DNA from: Pseudomonas phage phiKZ
Direction: 5' to 3' (one strand)
Sequence record: AF399011.1
DNA length: 40,000 bases
Under the pieces are notes generated by a model. That model saw nothing but the letters and a program-made list of their open reading frames with translations. It made no database searches and was not told the DNA's origin. Positions 11,478 through 21,550 of this stretch are shown piece by piece. Each line of letters begins with the position of its first letter. The first letter of the stretch is position 1. The translations under genes were made by a program, and so were the position numbers.

Positions 11478-11867
11478 ATGAACATATCTAATGATAAAGA
11501 CACATCAATGTGTATCAGAATGGAAGTAAGATCTTTTGTACAAGATCAACATTCTGATATTTGGAAATCTATAAAAAATAGTATTGGTGCAGAATATGCA
11601 TTAACAATTGTATTGGCAGCAGCGTCTGAGAGGGCATCAGGTAGCACATCTAATGATGTCATAGAACTAATTAATCAGATGCTGGGTTATAGAGATATTT
11701 GTGATATTGATTTAACAACTTATCTGTATAATTGTTCTAACCGGGTAGTTCTACCATCAGCTGGTAACATCCAGTTAAATAGGGTTATTTATGATACTGA
11801 GAAACCAGAAGATCTATACGTCACCATTACCCACACCACAACCTCGTTTTTTACTAAGAGCGACTAA
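11478..11867 (+). CDS. Hypothetical protein (129 aa)
   Basis: ORF with ATG start. Confidence 0.65.
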   Translation: MNISNDKDTSMCIRMEVRSFVQDQHSDIWKSIKNSIGAEYALTIVLAAASERASGSTSNDVIELINQMLGYRDICDIDLTTYLYNCSNRVVLPSAGNIQLNRVIYDTEKPEDLYVTITHTTTSFFTKSD

Positions 11868-12243
11868 AAGTAAACTTATTAAAGATGATAACTATCTAAG
11901 ATTTGTATTAGACTTTTTAGATATTAGTTATATCGAAGCAATGCATTTGCTTGTCGCATTGGCAGAACAGAAGCTTATGCAAATGGTCATTAAAGAAGAG
12001 ATGTTCTATGAATATGCTAAAGATATTCATTTCATGCATAAACTAATAGAACTTCTCGATGAAGGTGCTGAGCAGATCATGCATCTCATTCCAACAAATA
12101 CTAAGGAACTGTGGTATGAAACAGAAGCACGAGATGGATTGTACATCGGAGGAAGTACAACGTCTGGTATATGTATTGCCAATCGAAGTGGTATTCCCAC
12201 AATTAATCACATTGATAAAGAAATTTACTTACCTAACAAATAA
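11791..12243 (+). CDS. Hypothetical coding segment; true start unclear (overlaps previous ORF by 77 nt)
   Basis: ORF; protein-like composition begins around 11860 without an obvious start codon. Confidence 0.5.
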   Translation: MILRNQKIYTSPLPTPQPRFLLRATKSKLIKDDNYLRFVLDFLDISYIEAMHLLVALAEQKLMQMVIKEEMFYEYAKDIHFMHKLIELLDEGAEQIMHLIPTNTKELWYETEARDGLYIGGSTTSGICIANRSGIPTINHIDKEIYLPNK

Positions 12244-12574
12244 AGATGAAGCTACAGTCATCGCCTTATTAACTCAATGGGTTGTTAAGATGATGTCTAA
12301 ATTACAACAGGATAATACGGTTATTCCTTTTGTGGATATACCAATACAACTAGGAAATGGTCCAGATTGGGATGAGTTCATTAATTTGTTCTATACAACT
12401 GGAATCCAATTACTACATAGAACACCGAAGAATTTAATAGACTATAAGTTCATTAGAGTAATAGATAATAAAGTTGTTCTATTAACTATAGTCACTGGTA
12501 AAGAGTGGAGTCAATATGCAATTGTTGCTAATTTTGAAACCGCGTTCTTTTACGGAAGAGCTAGGTGTAGGTGA
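12059..12574 (+). CDS. Hypothetical coding segment; true start unclear (ATG 12278-12286 region or continuation from the previous ORF)
   Basis: ORF; overlaps previous by ~185 nt. Confidence 0.5.
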   Translation: MKVLSRSCISFQQILRNCGMKQKHEMDCTSEEVQRLVYVLPIEVVFPQLITLIKKFTYLTNKDEATVIALLTQWVVKMMSKLQQDNTVIPFVDIPIQLGNGPDWDEFINLFYTTGIQLLHRTPKNLIDYKFIRVIDNKVVLLTIVTGKEWSQYAIVANFETAFFYGRARCR

Positions 12575-12950
12575 GCCGACTGATTTTGTACTATGGTGTA
12601 TTAATAGACTTCTAGCAGCATATGTAGAATACTTTAACCACTGGCAGAGATTAGATTGGCCTACCTTTTTAGAGCAATGGTTAGAAGATTACTTAAGCGA
12701 TACCTATATAGAACCAGATAGACCGATGAGCATGATGGTATTTGATCATCAGGGAAATCCTAATACTATCAATTGGCACTTAAGATCTGCTGAGATTATC
12801 GAAAGAGTATTGGATTTATTTGGAACTGATTTCTTAGAGATAATCCAAAAACAAGTTATTCAGGCAGGTAATCTTATTACTAGTCTTAAATGTATAGAAG
12901 TAGATAAATATAAGATGGTAACTAAATTAGTTATGAGGTCTCAAACATGA
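12516..12950 (+). CDS. Hypothetical coding segment; true start unclear
   Basis: ORF; overlaps previous by 59 nt. Confidence 0.5.
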   Translation: MQLLLILKPRSFTEELGVGEPTDFVLWCINRLLAAYVEYFNHWQRLDWPTFLEQWLEDYLSDTYIEPDRPMSMMVFDHQGNPNTINWHLRSAEIIERVLDLFGTDFLEIIQKQVIQAGNLITSLKCIEVDKYKMVTKLVMRSQT

Positions 12951-13483
12951 TGCATCCACTTCTTTATAGACAACAAGAAATGCAGCGGATAAATGATGCT
13001 AATAACATAACTCCAGGCCAACAAGGAATGACGAGTTTCGTAGTTATTAACATCAGTGATATCTGGCCCATTGTTAATAAAATGGCTGATGTAGTTGTCA
13101 ATAAGTCTTACAATACTCCTTACCCATATACTGAACACCAGTCTATAGAACAATTATGGTATCAGGCAATTAATTCATATATTGAATTTCTAGCGCAACA
13201 GCCTACTCAACCAATTATAGGGGTTGACTATTATTTACAAGAATACTTTCCATCGGTAGCACCTGTGATTATGCAAGATAAATATGCATTGAGTATTCTT
13301 AATATGTGGTTTGCGACCGTGTGTAAAACATTGGCTAGCAAACTACAATCTGAAATAGCACATCTCTATCAGAATGGATATGGTGTAGAAAGAATCCAAT
13401 CAATAGCAGTTGATCAACATAATCAGGGTTATATTCTAGAAGGTGAAGACTTTGGTATGGACTGTTACAATGATGTGGATTAA
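12947..13483 (+). CDS. Hypothetical protein (178 aa)
   Basis: ORF with ATG overlapping previous stop (ATGA). Confidence 0.7.
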   Translation: MMHPLLYRQQEMQRINDANNITPGQQGMTSFVVINISDIWPIVNKMADVVVNKSYNTPYPYTEHQSIEQLWYQAINSYIEFLAQQPTQPIIGVDYYLQEYFPSVAPVIMQDKYALSILNMWFATVCKTLASKLQSEIAHLYQNGYGVERIQSIAVDQHNQGYILEGEDFGMDCYNDVD

Positions 13484-13511
13484 GTGACACATATTAACAA
13501 TTGACGCAAAT

Positions 13512-13553
13512 AGGAAAGCCTATCGGTTCACATAGGCTTCCTACTAGGAACCG
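13512..13553 (+). promoter_or_regulatory. Candidate H-type RNA pseudoknot in the leader of ORF 13556, overlapping its Shine-Dalgarno
   Basis: S1: AGGAAAGCCTAT (13512-13523) / ATAGGCTTCCT (13532-13542), one bulge; S2: CGGTTC in the S1 loop (13524-13529) / GAACCG (13548-13553). Confidence 0.5.
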
Positions 13554-13555
13554 AT

Positions 13556-13939
13556 ATGGAAAAACGAGTATTTATCGTATTTAAATCTAAAGAGTCAGAA
13601 GTATATTCGCAACATTTGCTTCGTGAATATACAAAACGAATGATATATCCAGATTGTCCAACACCACTTGATTTATTTGAAGAATCACGTAAGTTAAGTT
13701 ATATGGATACGCTTAATAATGACATATACATCCATATGCTGATGTATGGACATGACTCATTTGATGATCCTGACGAAGATATTGAGTTAGAGAATTATTC
13801 TACTAAAGGATATGTTATTGAATATTGTACCGACTTTATCAATAGCTTTAAAGAAAAATATCCAAATGGACATGTATTAATTACAGTGCCAATGGATACA
13901 AAAGGTCTGTTTGGTGTAGTTGTATTACTAGATGAGTAA
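13556..13939 (+). CDS. Hypothetical protein (127 aa)
   Basis: ORF, RBS-like aggaa. Confidence 0.75.
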   Translation: MEKRVFIVFKSKESEVYSQHLLREYTKRMIYPDCPTPLDLFEESRKLSYMDTLNNDIYIHMLMYGHDSFDDPDEDIELENYSTKGYVIEYCTDFINSFKEKYPNGHVLITVPMDTKGLFGVVVLLDE

Positions 13940-13964
13940 TACCCTATGTAACCAACTATTTTAG

Positions 13965-14390
<426 letters not shown>

Positions 14391-14394
14391 CTAT

Positions 14395-14430
14395 AAAGGA
14401 GCCATTATGGCTCCTTTTATGTTGTTTTAT
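14395..14430 (+). terminator. Rho-independent terminator AAAGGAGCC-attat-GGCTCCTTTT
   Basis: Hairpin + T-rich tail. Confidence 0.8.
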
Positions 14431-14488
14431 TTTTACTTACTTACATCATCTAATGTGAATGTAAGTTGATGTGCTACCTCTCAATTTA

Positions 14489-14525
14489 GGGTACCCGTAT
14501 AGGGTACCCATTCTTTCCTTTTCTT
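14489..14525 (+). terminator. Second hairpin GGGTACCC-gtata-GGGTACCC followed by a pyrimidine/T tract
   Basis: Stem of two self-palindromic GGGTACCC copies. Confidence 0.5.
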
Positions 14526-14591
14526 TTTTAGTTAAAAAGAGAGAAATCATTCACTATAATTAAAAAATAAGTATACTGAGAGATATGTGAA

Positions 14592-16787
14592 ATGACCGCA
14601 TTTGCCCAACCAAATCCGTTTTTAAAAGATGTCAATGATTACCATCGTGATATTGATATCATTAATGCATGTCTTGATGATAATGCCAAATATCTTCAAT
14701 TAATGACAAAAGATGAATTAAATATTAGTTTAGAAGAATGTAAAGAATTTGTTAAAGAACAATTACGTCAAAATGGTGAATATGCACTTCGTAATCCATT
14801 AGCAACTATTCTAGATAAAAATAAGTTTGGTGATAGGGAATTAAAGACGGTTTCATTTATGGCTTTTCTTAACCGTGTTAAGAAACAGAATCTATTATTA
14901 TCTCCATCAATGACCGCATATTTACCAGAGTCTGTTAGACAGTCTACGCACTCCATCTATATTGCCGAAGGTGTGAAAAACCGTAAGCGTGTTAAAGGTG
15001 AACAGATGCAGGCTGAACGTGAAGCAGCTGCTTTCCTACAGGCCGGCGATAAAGAGAATTCACAAATTAAAACAGAACTTGCACAAGTACGTAAAGGCGA
15101 GCAAGAAAACTTCAAAATTAACAATAACTCATATTCAGGCGGTACTGTATCTGCTGCCACTATTCTTTATTATAAGTCCACACACTCTAGTTTAACATCT
15201 ACCTGTAGAACTGGTACCTCTTATGCTAACTCAAATAATGAAAAATTCATTATGGGTAATAGGCATTATTATACTCCAGAAATCACAAAAGCTAATTTAG
15301 TAAACACTATTAATGTAGCTGATATGGAGTTAATTCAAAAAGCAGTAACTAATTTTAATCTACATTGCCCAACGCCAGAAGAAGTAGTTGATATGGTTCT
15401 TTATTCAACTAAACACTATTGGCAAAATAAGTACTACACGGCGCAGATTTTAAAACTAGCTACTGGGATGACACCAGTCGAACGAGCAGCAGTTATGTAC
15501 GTAGGTGATCTATATCACTTATATAAATACAATAAAGAATTAATCAAGAGCTTTCTAATTAAATTAAGCCAGGTTGGAACAAAAGAACAAATCATCACTG
15601 AAGAAGAATATTCAACTTATGATGGTGATATGGATCTATTGGCTAGCTTTATTTGCTTTGATACTGTTAAAGGTCGATCTAAAGCTAAACTAAAAGAGTC
15701 AGATCCAGATACATTAAACCAAGTTTATGCCACTGGTCGAAATATCGCTGAAACTCTTAATGAATATCGTCTATTGATTGAAGCTTTCTTCTTGACTAAA
15801 TGTGTACCATCAAGCATTCATGCTTTTCCAACTGTGTATAGACGAGCTGCTGTTATTTCAGATACTGACTCCACTATGTTTACATTACAATGGTGGGTTG
15901 AGGAATTCTTTGGTAAAGTAACTTTTAGCAATGAAGCTAAGCGACTAGTATTCGCACTAGTGTTTCTAGTGTCTGAAGTAGTTATGCATATCTTGGCGAT
16001 TCAATCCGCTAATATGGGTGTATCTAAAGATAAGCTTCGTCTATTTGCAATGAAGAACGAATATTATTTCGCAGTACTGGCCTTAACTACTCGTTCTAAA
16101 CATTACTTTGCATCACAGGATGCCCAAGAAGGGGTAATGTTTAATGAGTCACGAATGGAGATCAAGGGTGTAGGACTAAGGGATAGTAAAGTACCTAAGA
16201 AGATTAATAGTCGTGCTAAAACACTCATGGAAGATATCATTAAAACTGTAAAGACTGAAGAGAAAATCGACTTGGCTTCAATTCTAAAAGAAGTTGGTGA
16301 TATCGAAAGAGAAATTATTGAGTCTGTTAGAAGTGGTAAAGCTGAGTATCTGACAAGTGGTCAAACTAAACGACCTGAGTCTTATAAATCTGAAGATAAC
16401 TCAACCCATAAAAAGGGATTAGTGTGGAAGACTGTATTTGCTCCATCATTTGGTGACGCTGGTGATCCACCTTATTCACATGTAAAGATCTCAGTTACTC
16501 TTAATAATAAAACTGCGATCAAAGAATGGATTGATGGTATCGAAGATAAGAAATTAGCTGCTCGTATTCAAGCATGGGTTACTGAAGAAAATAAAACCAG
16601 TATTGGTGATTTCCATATCCCGAGTACAGTAGTAGAAACTGGTCGTATTCCAGAAGTTATTACGCGTGTTGCTGACGTTAGAACTATCATTGGAAATACT
16701 ATGGGTGTATTCTATCTAACCTTAGAGTCCCTAGGTATTTTCCTTATTGATAAAAATAACGATCGACTCATCTCCGACTTCTATTAA
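14592..16787 (+). CDS. Large hypothetical protein (731 aa)
   Basis: Longest ORF in the window. Confidence 0.8.
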   Translation: MTAFAQPNPFLKDVNDYHRDIDIINACLDDNAKYLQLMTKDELNISLEECKEFVKEQLRQNGEYALRNPLATILDKNKFGDRELKTVSFMAFLNRVKKQNLLLSPSMTAYLPESVRQSTHSIYIAEGVKNRKRVKGEQMQAEREAAAFLQAGDKENSQIKTELAQVRKGEQENFKINNNSYSGGTVSAATILYYKSTHSSLTSTCRTGTSYANSNNEKFIMGNRHYYTPEITKANLVNTINVADMELIQKAVTNFNLHCPTPEEVVDMVLYSTKHYWQNKYYTAQILKLATGMTPVERAAVMYVGDLYHLYKYNKELIKSFLIKLSQVGTKEQIITEEEYSTYDGDMDLLASFICFDTVKGRSKAKLKESDPDTLNQVYATGRNIAETLNEYRLLIEAFFLTKCVPSSIHAFPTVYRRAAVISDTDSTMFTLQWWVEEFFGKVTFSNEAKRLVFALVFLVSEVVMHILAIQSANMGVSKDKLRLFAMKNEYYFAVLALTTRSKHYFASQDAQEGVMFNESRMEIKGVGLRDSKVPKKINSRAKTLMEDIIKTVKTEEKIDLASILKEVGDIEREIIESVRSGKAEYLTSGQTKRPESYKSEDNSTHKKGLVWKTVFAPSFGDAGDPPYSHVKISVTLNNKTAIKEWIDGIEDKKLAARIQAWVTEENKTSIGDFHIPSTVVETGRIPEVITRVADVRTIIGNTMGVFYLTLESLGIFLIDKNNDRLISDFY

Positions 16788-16794
16788 GAAATAT

Positions 16795-16818
16795 AGCCTC
16801 CCCTAGTGGGAGGCTTAT
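16795..16818 (+). terminator. Hairpin GCCTCCC-ctagt-GGGAGGC
   Basis: Inverted repeat after stop. Confidence 0.6.
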
Positions 16819-16822
16819 ATAC

Positions 16823-16850
16823 TAAAAAATAATTAAGATTTATATAGTCT
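16823..16850 (+). promoter_or_regulatory. Promoter-like motif, degenerate (taaaaaataattAAGATTTATATAGTCT)
   Basis: Same position/context as the others but lacks ATTACTAA. Confidence 0.5.
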
Positions 16851-16852
16851 GA

Positions 16853-17062
16853 TTGCCAATTACTAACTTAATATGGTTCAATATAATGACAAATCATACC
16901 GAATTTAATTTTGACTTAGATCGGATGAAGAAGGCAATTAATAGCGGCACTATCACATTACCAACAGTACCATCGGGATTAACTCGTGAAGAGAAACGAG
17001 CTTTTATCCGAAAATATATTAAAGATAAATTAAAAGAGGTAGATGATAATGGAAAAGACTAA
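16853..17062 (+). CDS. Small hypothetical protein (<=69 aa; ATG near 16885 likely)
   Basis: ORF. Confidence 0.6.
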   Translation: MPITNLIWFNIMTNHTEFNFDLDRMKKAINSGTITLPTVPSGLTREEKRAFIRKYIKDKLKEVDDNGKD

Positions 17063-17768
17063 TGAAGTTCGTGTAATCACTTGGAATGATTATAGTAAAT
17101 TAGTAAATGATAATCGTATTAGGATCCATGGATTAGCCCCTGATGATTCCACCAAAGCAACAGCCTATGTTCTTTTGGATGATGGTACTGAGGAATTGGT
17201 ATATGTAACTTATTCTAATGAATTAAAAGAAGCTGATGTTACTACTGAAACAACTGCAATTACTAGTGATAAAAGTTCACTAGATGATGTTCAACCAATT
17301 GGTTTAATTACCTCTAATAACGAACCACCAAAGTTAAATAGTCTAAATGACTATATCGATGAATTCAATTGGCACTCAAGTGCTGACAATGATTACAATA
17401 ATGTCTCACTTGAATTAATGCTAAATACCCATCATACAACTCTTTGGGAATGTGATAATATTCTAGTAAAAGACGTAACTATTAAACAAGCTCTTAAAGA
17501 AGGTGTTGATAAACAACTTATTAATACTGATAGTTCATTCGATGAACTGGTTACGCATCTAAGGCTAACTGCTAAAACTATTATGGATCCATTAGATGAA
17601 ATGGATAATGGAGTTAAAAGCAGTGACCAAGCTGTAGTTGATCAATTACTAAATCATGACCGTCGACCAGGTAAGTTTAGTAATAAAATGCTATTGCCAG
17701 CTATCCCAGGAATTAACCGAGCTGAACGTAGAAAATTACTTTCTAAAATGAAGAAAGGTAATTTCTAA
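17043..17768 (+). CDS. Hypothetical protein (~240 aa)
   Basis: ORF overlapping previous stop. Confidence 0.75.
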   Translation: MIMEKTNEVRVITWNDYSKLVNDNRIRIHGLAPDDSTKATAYVLLDDGTEELVYVTYSNELKEADVTTETTAITSDKSSLDDVQPIGLITSNNEPPKLNSLNDYIDEFNWHSSADNDYNNVSLELMLNTHHTTLWECDNILVKDVTIKQALKEGVDKQLINTDSSFDELVTHLRLTAKTIMDPLDEMDNGVKSSDQAVVDQLLNHDRRPGKFSNKMLLPAIPGINRAERRKLLSKMKKGNF

Positions 17769-17774
17769 TAAAAC

Positions 17775-17808
17775 GGCATATAACCCCCTCCAATTTAGGA
17801 GGGGGTTT
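17775..17808. terminator. Bidirectional terminator (CCCCCTCC / GGAGGGGG)
   Basis: Hairpin between convergent genes. Confidence 0.7.
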
Positions 17809-17811
17809 ATG

Positions 17812-18903
17812 TCACATTTCTTTTCTTTTAAGTGCATCTATCATCCAATCAACTTGTGCCTGTTGAGCTTTTACAAACTCGCTATTTGCTTGTTGCTTAA
17901 ATGCTTGATCATTAGATGCTTCTATAAGATCAATTAATACAGCGTTAACAGAAGATTGATCATAACCAGTGTTCTTTAAAAGCTGTCCTACAAGATACTT
18001 AATGAAGGGTGTGCGAGCCAATACATAAGCCCATTCATTATTCCTATTAATAGGTTCTCGTGGGAGTCGCATCATATCGAACAAATTAGATTGTACGATA
18101 GCTGGTGTTATCCATGATAAACCTTCCATGTCTACACCCTTTAATATGGATTCTCTATTGATAGTTGTACATAGTTTATCAATACGTGGATTCATATCAG
18201 TGATGTAAAATGGATGCGGTATAGGGAATGTTGGATTTTTAATATCTAAAGCATTCCTTGCTAACCTGTTAAAGAAAGAAATATCTAAATAAGAGTCAAC
18301 CATATTTGGCAATACAAATGATCCTATAAACCTATATGTATCTTCAACTTCATCAGGATTCTTCTCAACTTGCCATCGATACCAGTAACGGTACATCACA
18401 AGAAGCATTGGTATATTTACTAGAGTTACACCATAGCCTCTACCCTGCGTGGTATTGTTCATGATAGGTAAATTAGTATCAGTACGTGTATGATACAGAT
18501 ACGTAACAGGGGAAAGTTTATACCATGTTTTATTTAGATCTTTTAGATCAAAGCTCTCTGATGTGGATACTAGAACTTCTTCAGTTTGAGGACCAAGTGT
18601 AACACCACCTACATGAACCTTACCTTTATTTAAAGATGATGTAATACCAAATGAACGAATAATAGCACGTGAACGATCGTCCACGTTCTTTATAAAAGTA
18701 GCATCATCACTTAGTAACTCTACGTTAAAATGTCGAATCATTTGTGCTAATATATTTTTAGATTCAACATACTTCGGTGCCCGTCTATAATAACTTTTAA
18801 CGTCCCTAATTTGCTCAGCGTAGATTCGTCGGATATAATGGATGTTAGGATCAACCACCTGCCCCAATTTACGTGACGGAGCATTCTTAAATAAATTATA
18901 CAT
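17812..18903 (-). CDS. Hypothetical protein (363 aa)
   Basis: Long minus-strand ORF between convergent terminator and divergent region. Confidence 0.8.
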   Translation of the reverse strand: MYNLFKNAPSRKLGQVVDPNIHYIRRIYAEQIRDVKSYYRRAPKYVESKNILAQMIRHFNVELLSDDATFIKNVDDRSRAIIRSFGITSSLNKGKVHVGGVTLGPQTEEVLVSTSESFDLKDLNKTWYKLSPVTYLYHTRTDTNLPIMNNTTQGRGYGVTLVNIPMLLVMYRYWYRWQVEKNPDEVEDTYRFIGSFVLPNMVDSYLDISFFNRLARNALDIKNPTFPIPHPFYITDMNPRIDKLCTTINRESILKGVDMEGLSWITPAIVQSNLFDMMRLPREPINRNNEWAYVLARTPFIKYLVGQLLKNTGYDQSSVNAVLIDLIEASNDQAFKQQANSEFVKAQQAQVDWMIDALKRKEM

Positions 18904-18913
18904 GGTTATTATC

Positions 18914-18944
18914 CGATTAAAAATTAATTGAGATCTATATCATA
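18914..18944 (+). promoter_or_regulatory. Promoter-like motif, TATATCAT variant (gattaaaaattaattGAGATCTATATCATA)
   Basis: Recurrent motif in a divergent intergenic region. Confidence 0.6.
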
Positions 18945-18984
18945 GTTTGGTAACAACAGTAGTAATTACAAATAGGAATATACA

Positions 18985-19350
18985 ATGGCTAAAAATAATG
19001 TTGAAGACCCGCCACTATATTTAGGTAATAACAAAGATCTTACCGTATACATGACTAGCAAAGAAATTGTAGTTAACTTTTTCAATGTAGAGCGTAGAGT
19101 TAAGATAGATCCTAATGACCCCAATCCATTAGCAACTGCTACTAAACTCCATGAGGAATTAGTTAAGCTATTAGTCGCGCATCGATTTGGTAGTGTAGTT
19201 AAAGTAAATGAAACATCTGCTTCAGCACATTCACCATTTGTTGCTAAATTTGACACAACTGATAATAATAAAGTTGATCCAGTTAGTAAACTATACGAAC
19301 TGTACCATTCTCTTTTTGGAACAGTTCGTAAATATATGCAAAGTAAATGA
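18985..19350 (+). CDS. Hypothetical protein (121 aa)
   Basis: ORF with aggaatatacaATG. Confidence 0.75.
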   Translation: MAKNNVEDPPLYLGNNKDLTVYMTSKEIVVNFFNVERRVKIDPNDPNPLATATKLHEELVKLLVAHRFGSVVKVNETSASAHSPFVAKFDTTDNNKVDPVSKLYELYHSLFGTVRKYMQSK

Positions 19351-19564
19351 TAACTGCATTTTATAAAAATACTGATAGTTATTATTTAATACAGGACTGA
19401 CGTAAATTAGTTTCTGGATTCAAACTTTATACCCATAAACTCAAAAAAGAAGATATGGAAATTGTAAAATGAAAAATAAATAATACTCAGATTGTAATAA
19501 TATGTAGTGAACATAGTGTTCGTTACGATCTGCTGATAGCAGATTATAGCGTCTATGTTGTAAT

Positions 19565-19592
19565 GAAAAAAATTTGAGATTTATATTACTAA
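19565..19592 (+). promoter_or_regulatory. Strong promoter-like motif (gaaaaaaatttGAGATTTATATTACTAA) upstream of the putative nuclear-shell gene
   Basis: Near identical to the copy at 31981-32008. Confidence 0.7.
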
Positions 19593-19661
19593 ATTGAATC
19601 TAGTATACTAAGTACTTAGGTTCTTCTTGATCAAGAAACCATAATCGTAAAGGTATTTAAA

Positions 19662-21542
19662 ATGGCTGTTAACGAAAACGAAATCGGCACCGTTCAAACT
19701 CAAGCTACTGCTCCTGCTCCGCAACCCACTGCACAGCGTCAAGCTCAACGTCCTACTGGCGCGCCTGGGTCTACTACTGGCATTAACCATCTAATGCGTC
19801 GCTCTGGTCGACTAGATGGCTCTGATGCTCGTTCAGCAGATGCCCTACAAGTATTCACTAAAGTAAAAGAAGAAGCAATCCGCCATCAGGACCTACCTGA
19901 TGACTTCGATATCCATCGTTTCGATCGTGATGCGCAACAAGTTGGTATGGCTGGTCTACTCATTGTTAAACTAGCTAAAGATATCAATGGTTCCATGAAG
20001 GCATTCGTTCGTACTCTAGTACTCGATAACCTACCTGGTACTCGCATCCGTCCCCGTACCCACAAAATCAACAATGGTCTAACCGACGACATCATTGAAG
20101 AGAAGGTACTACCGCGTGATGTATTCACTGCTCAATACTGGAGCAAGATCGGCGAGTTCCTACGGAACCGTTACAACATCCCTGGTCTAGAAGTACTATC
20201 TGCCGGTCCCCGTGCAGTGTATGCTGACTTCGACTTCAAAGATGAACTAGCTGTTAAGAACCTACTAGTTGAATCTGTTAACATCTGTGAAGATGCTATT
20301 GCACGTCGTAACAATGAGACTCCGTTCTCTATTGCGACCCACATCAAAGCAGAAAACGAACAGCTTACCTGCAACCTAGACTACAATGGTATTCCGGTTA
20401 AAGATAGCTGTGGTAATCCGATCCGTTCTGACATGGTCATCTCCACTAGCCGTGGTAAGAAAACCAACGTACCTGAGAACGAGTTCTATGATACCGATAG
20501 CCAGCTAAACCAAGTTAGTCTATTCGTAGATCTACATTGGACTCCGACCACTGGCCAGCAACAAGGTATGTTTGGCGTAACTCTACCTGGTGCAGCTCTA
20601 CCTCCGCAGTTCACTCCTTACATCGTTATCACTGACGTTCGTAAGGCATCCTGGATCCAAGCATGGACTCTAGAAATGTGGCTGTTCGCACTCGGTAATG
20701 CGTATCGTGCAACTGCATCCCAGGCATGGGCTCGTACCCTAATGCCGAAGATCGCTACTAGCAAGATGCGTGATATTGGTGCACTTGGTTATTACTCAGA
20801 GCTAGGTAAAGCGATTGAAACTCGCACCGAAGCATTCATGGCAGACGACAGCAACTTCGTAATGCTAATGAACAAGATGGTTAACCAGAACCCTGCATTC
20901 CAGATCGATATCGATCCAATGGGCGACAACTCAGCTATTGAGCAAGTCATCCTAGATGCAGCTGGTGGCGTAAACCAAGCTCGTGCAGTTAGCCTGATCT
21001 TCCAAGCTCTAACTAACCTATACGGCACTGATTTCCGTCAGTTCTATAACCTAGCTGAAGCTGGTCCGATTATCTTTGACAACCATCATGAAGTAGACCT
21101 CGGTCACTACACTGATGAGCATGGCGAACTAAGCGACCGTCGTGATCTTGACGTTCTAGGTGCCATGAACATGTCTGAAGGTAATGACCAAGAGTGGAAG
21201 ACCTGGTATGCTACTCAGGTAGGTAATGACCACATTGTGCGTCGTATGAATAACAGTAAAGGCTTCGACAAGATGTACCTAGGTAACGTTACCTATACTG
21301 GTCGTGCTCGTCGTCTAACCTTTAACCCGAAATTCATCACCGCAATGGATGCCGCAGCAGCAGCCGCTGGTGTAACTGTAACCATGGAAAACCTAATTAC
21401 CAACTTCGGTCAACAGCGCTTCGCTGGTTACACCGGTATGGGTAACATGGCTGTTTCTGGTAGTGCACAAGTTGGCATGGCTGGCAGCATGGGTCAAACT
21501 TACGGCGCTCCTTCCTATAATGCACCGGGTACCTGGTACTAA
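19662..21542 (+). CDS. chmA: Putative phage nuclear-shell protein (chimallin/ChmA-like), 626 aa
   Basis: Size; codon usage visibly different from neighbours (dominant CTA, GGT, AAC), suggesting high expression; low-complexity termini; lies directly upstream of a phage RNAP beta' half, as gp54-gp55 do in phiKZ; PhuZ in the same window. No catalytic motif exists to confirm this. Confidence 0.55.
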
Positions 21543-21550
21543 TAGGAAAT

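Noticed and set aside
14768-15195. Short ORFs on both strands within 14592-16787
   Set aside because: Fully contained in a long convincing ORF; no RBS or family signal.
19608-21028. Minus-strand ORFs inside the putative chmA (19608-19790, 19886-20128, 20171-20374, 20792-21028)
   Set aside because: Shadow ORFs caused by the biased codon usage of the + strand gene.
19662-21542. Major capsid protein assignment for the 626-aa protein
   Set aside because: Possible from abundance-like codon usage, but size and adjacency to an RNAP beta' half fit chimallin better; not excluded without structure search.
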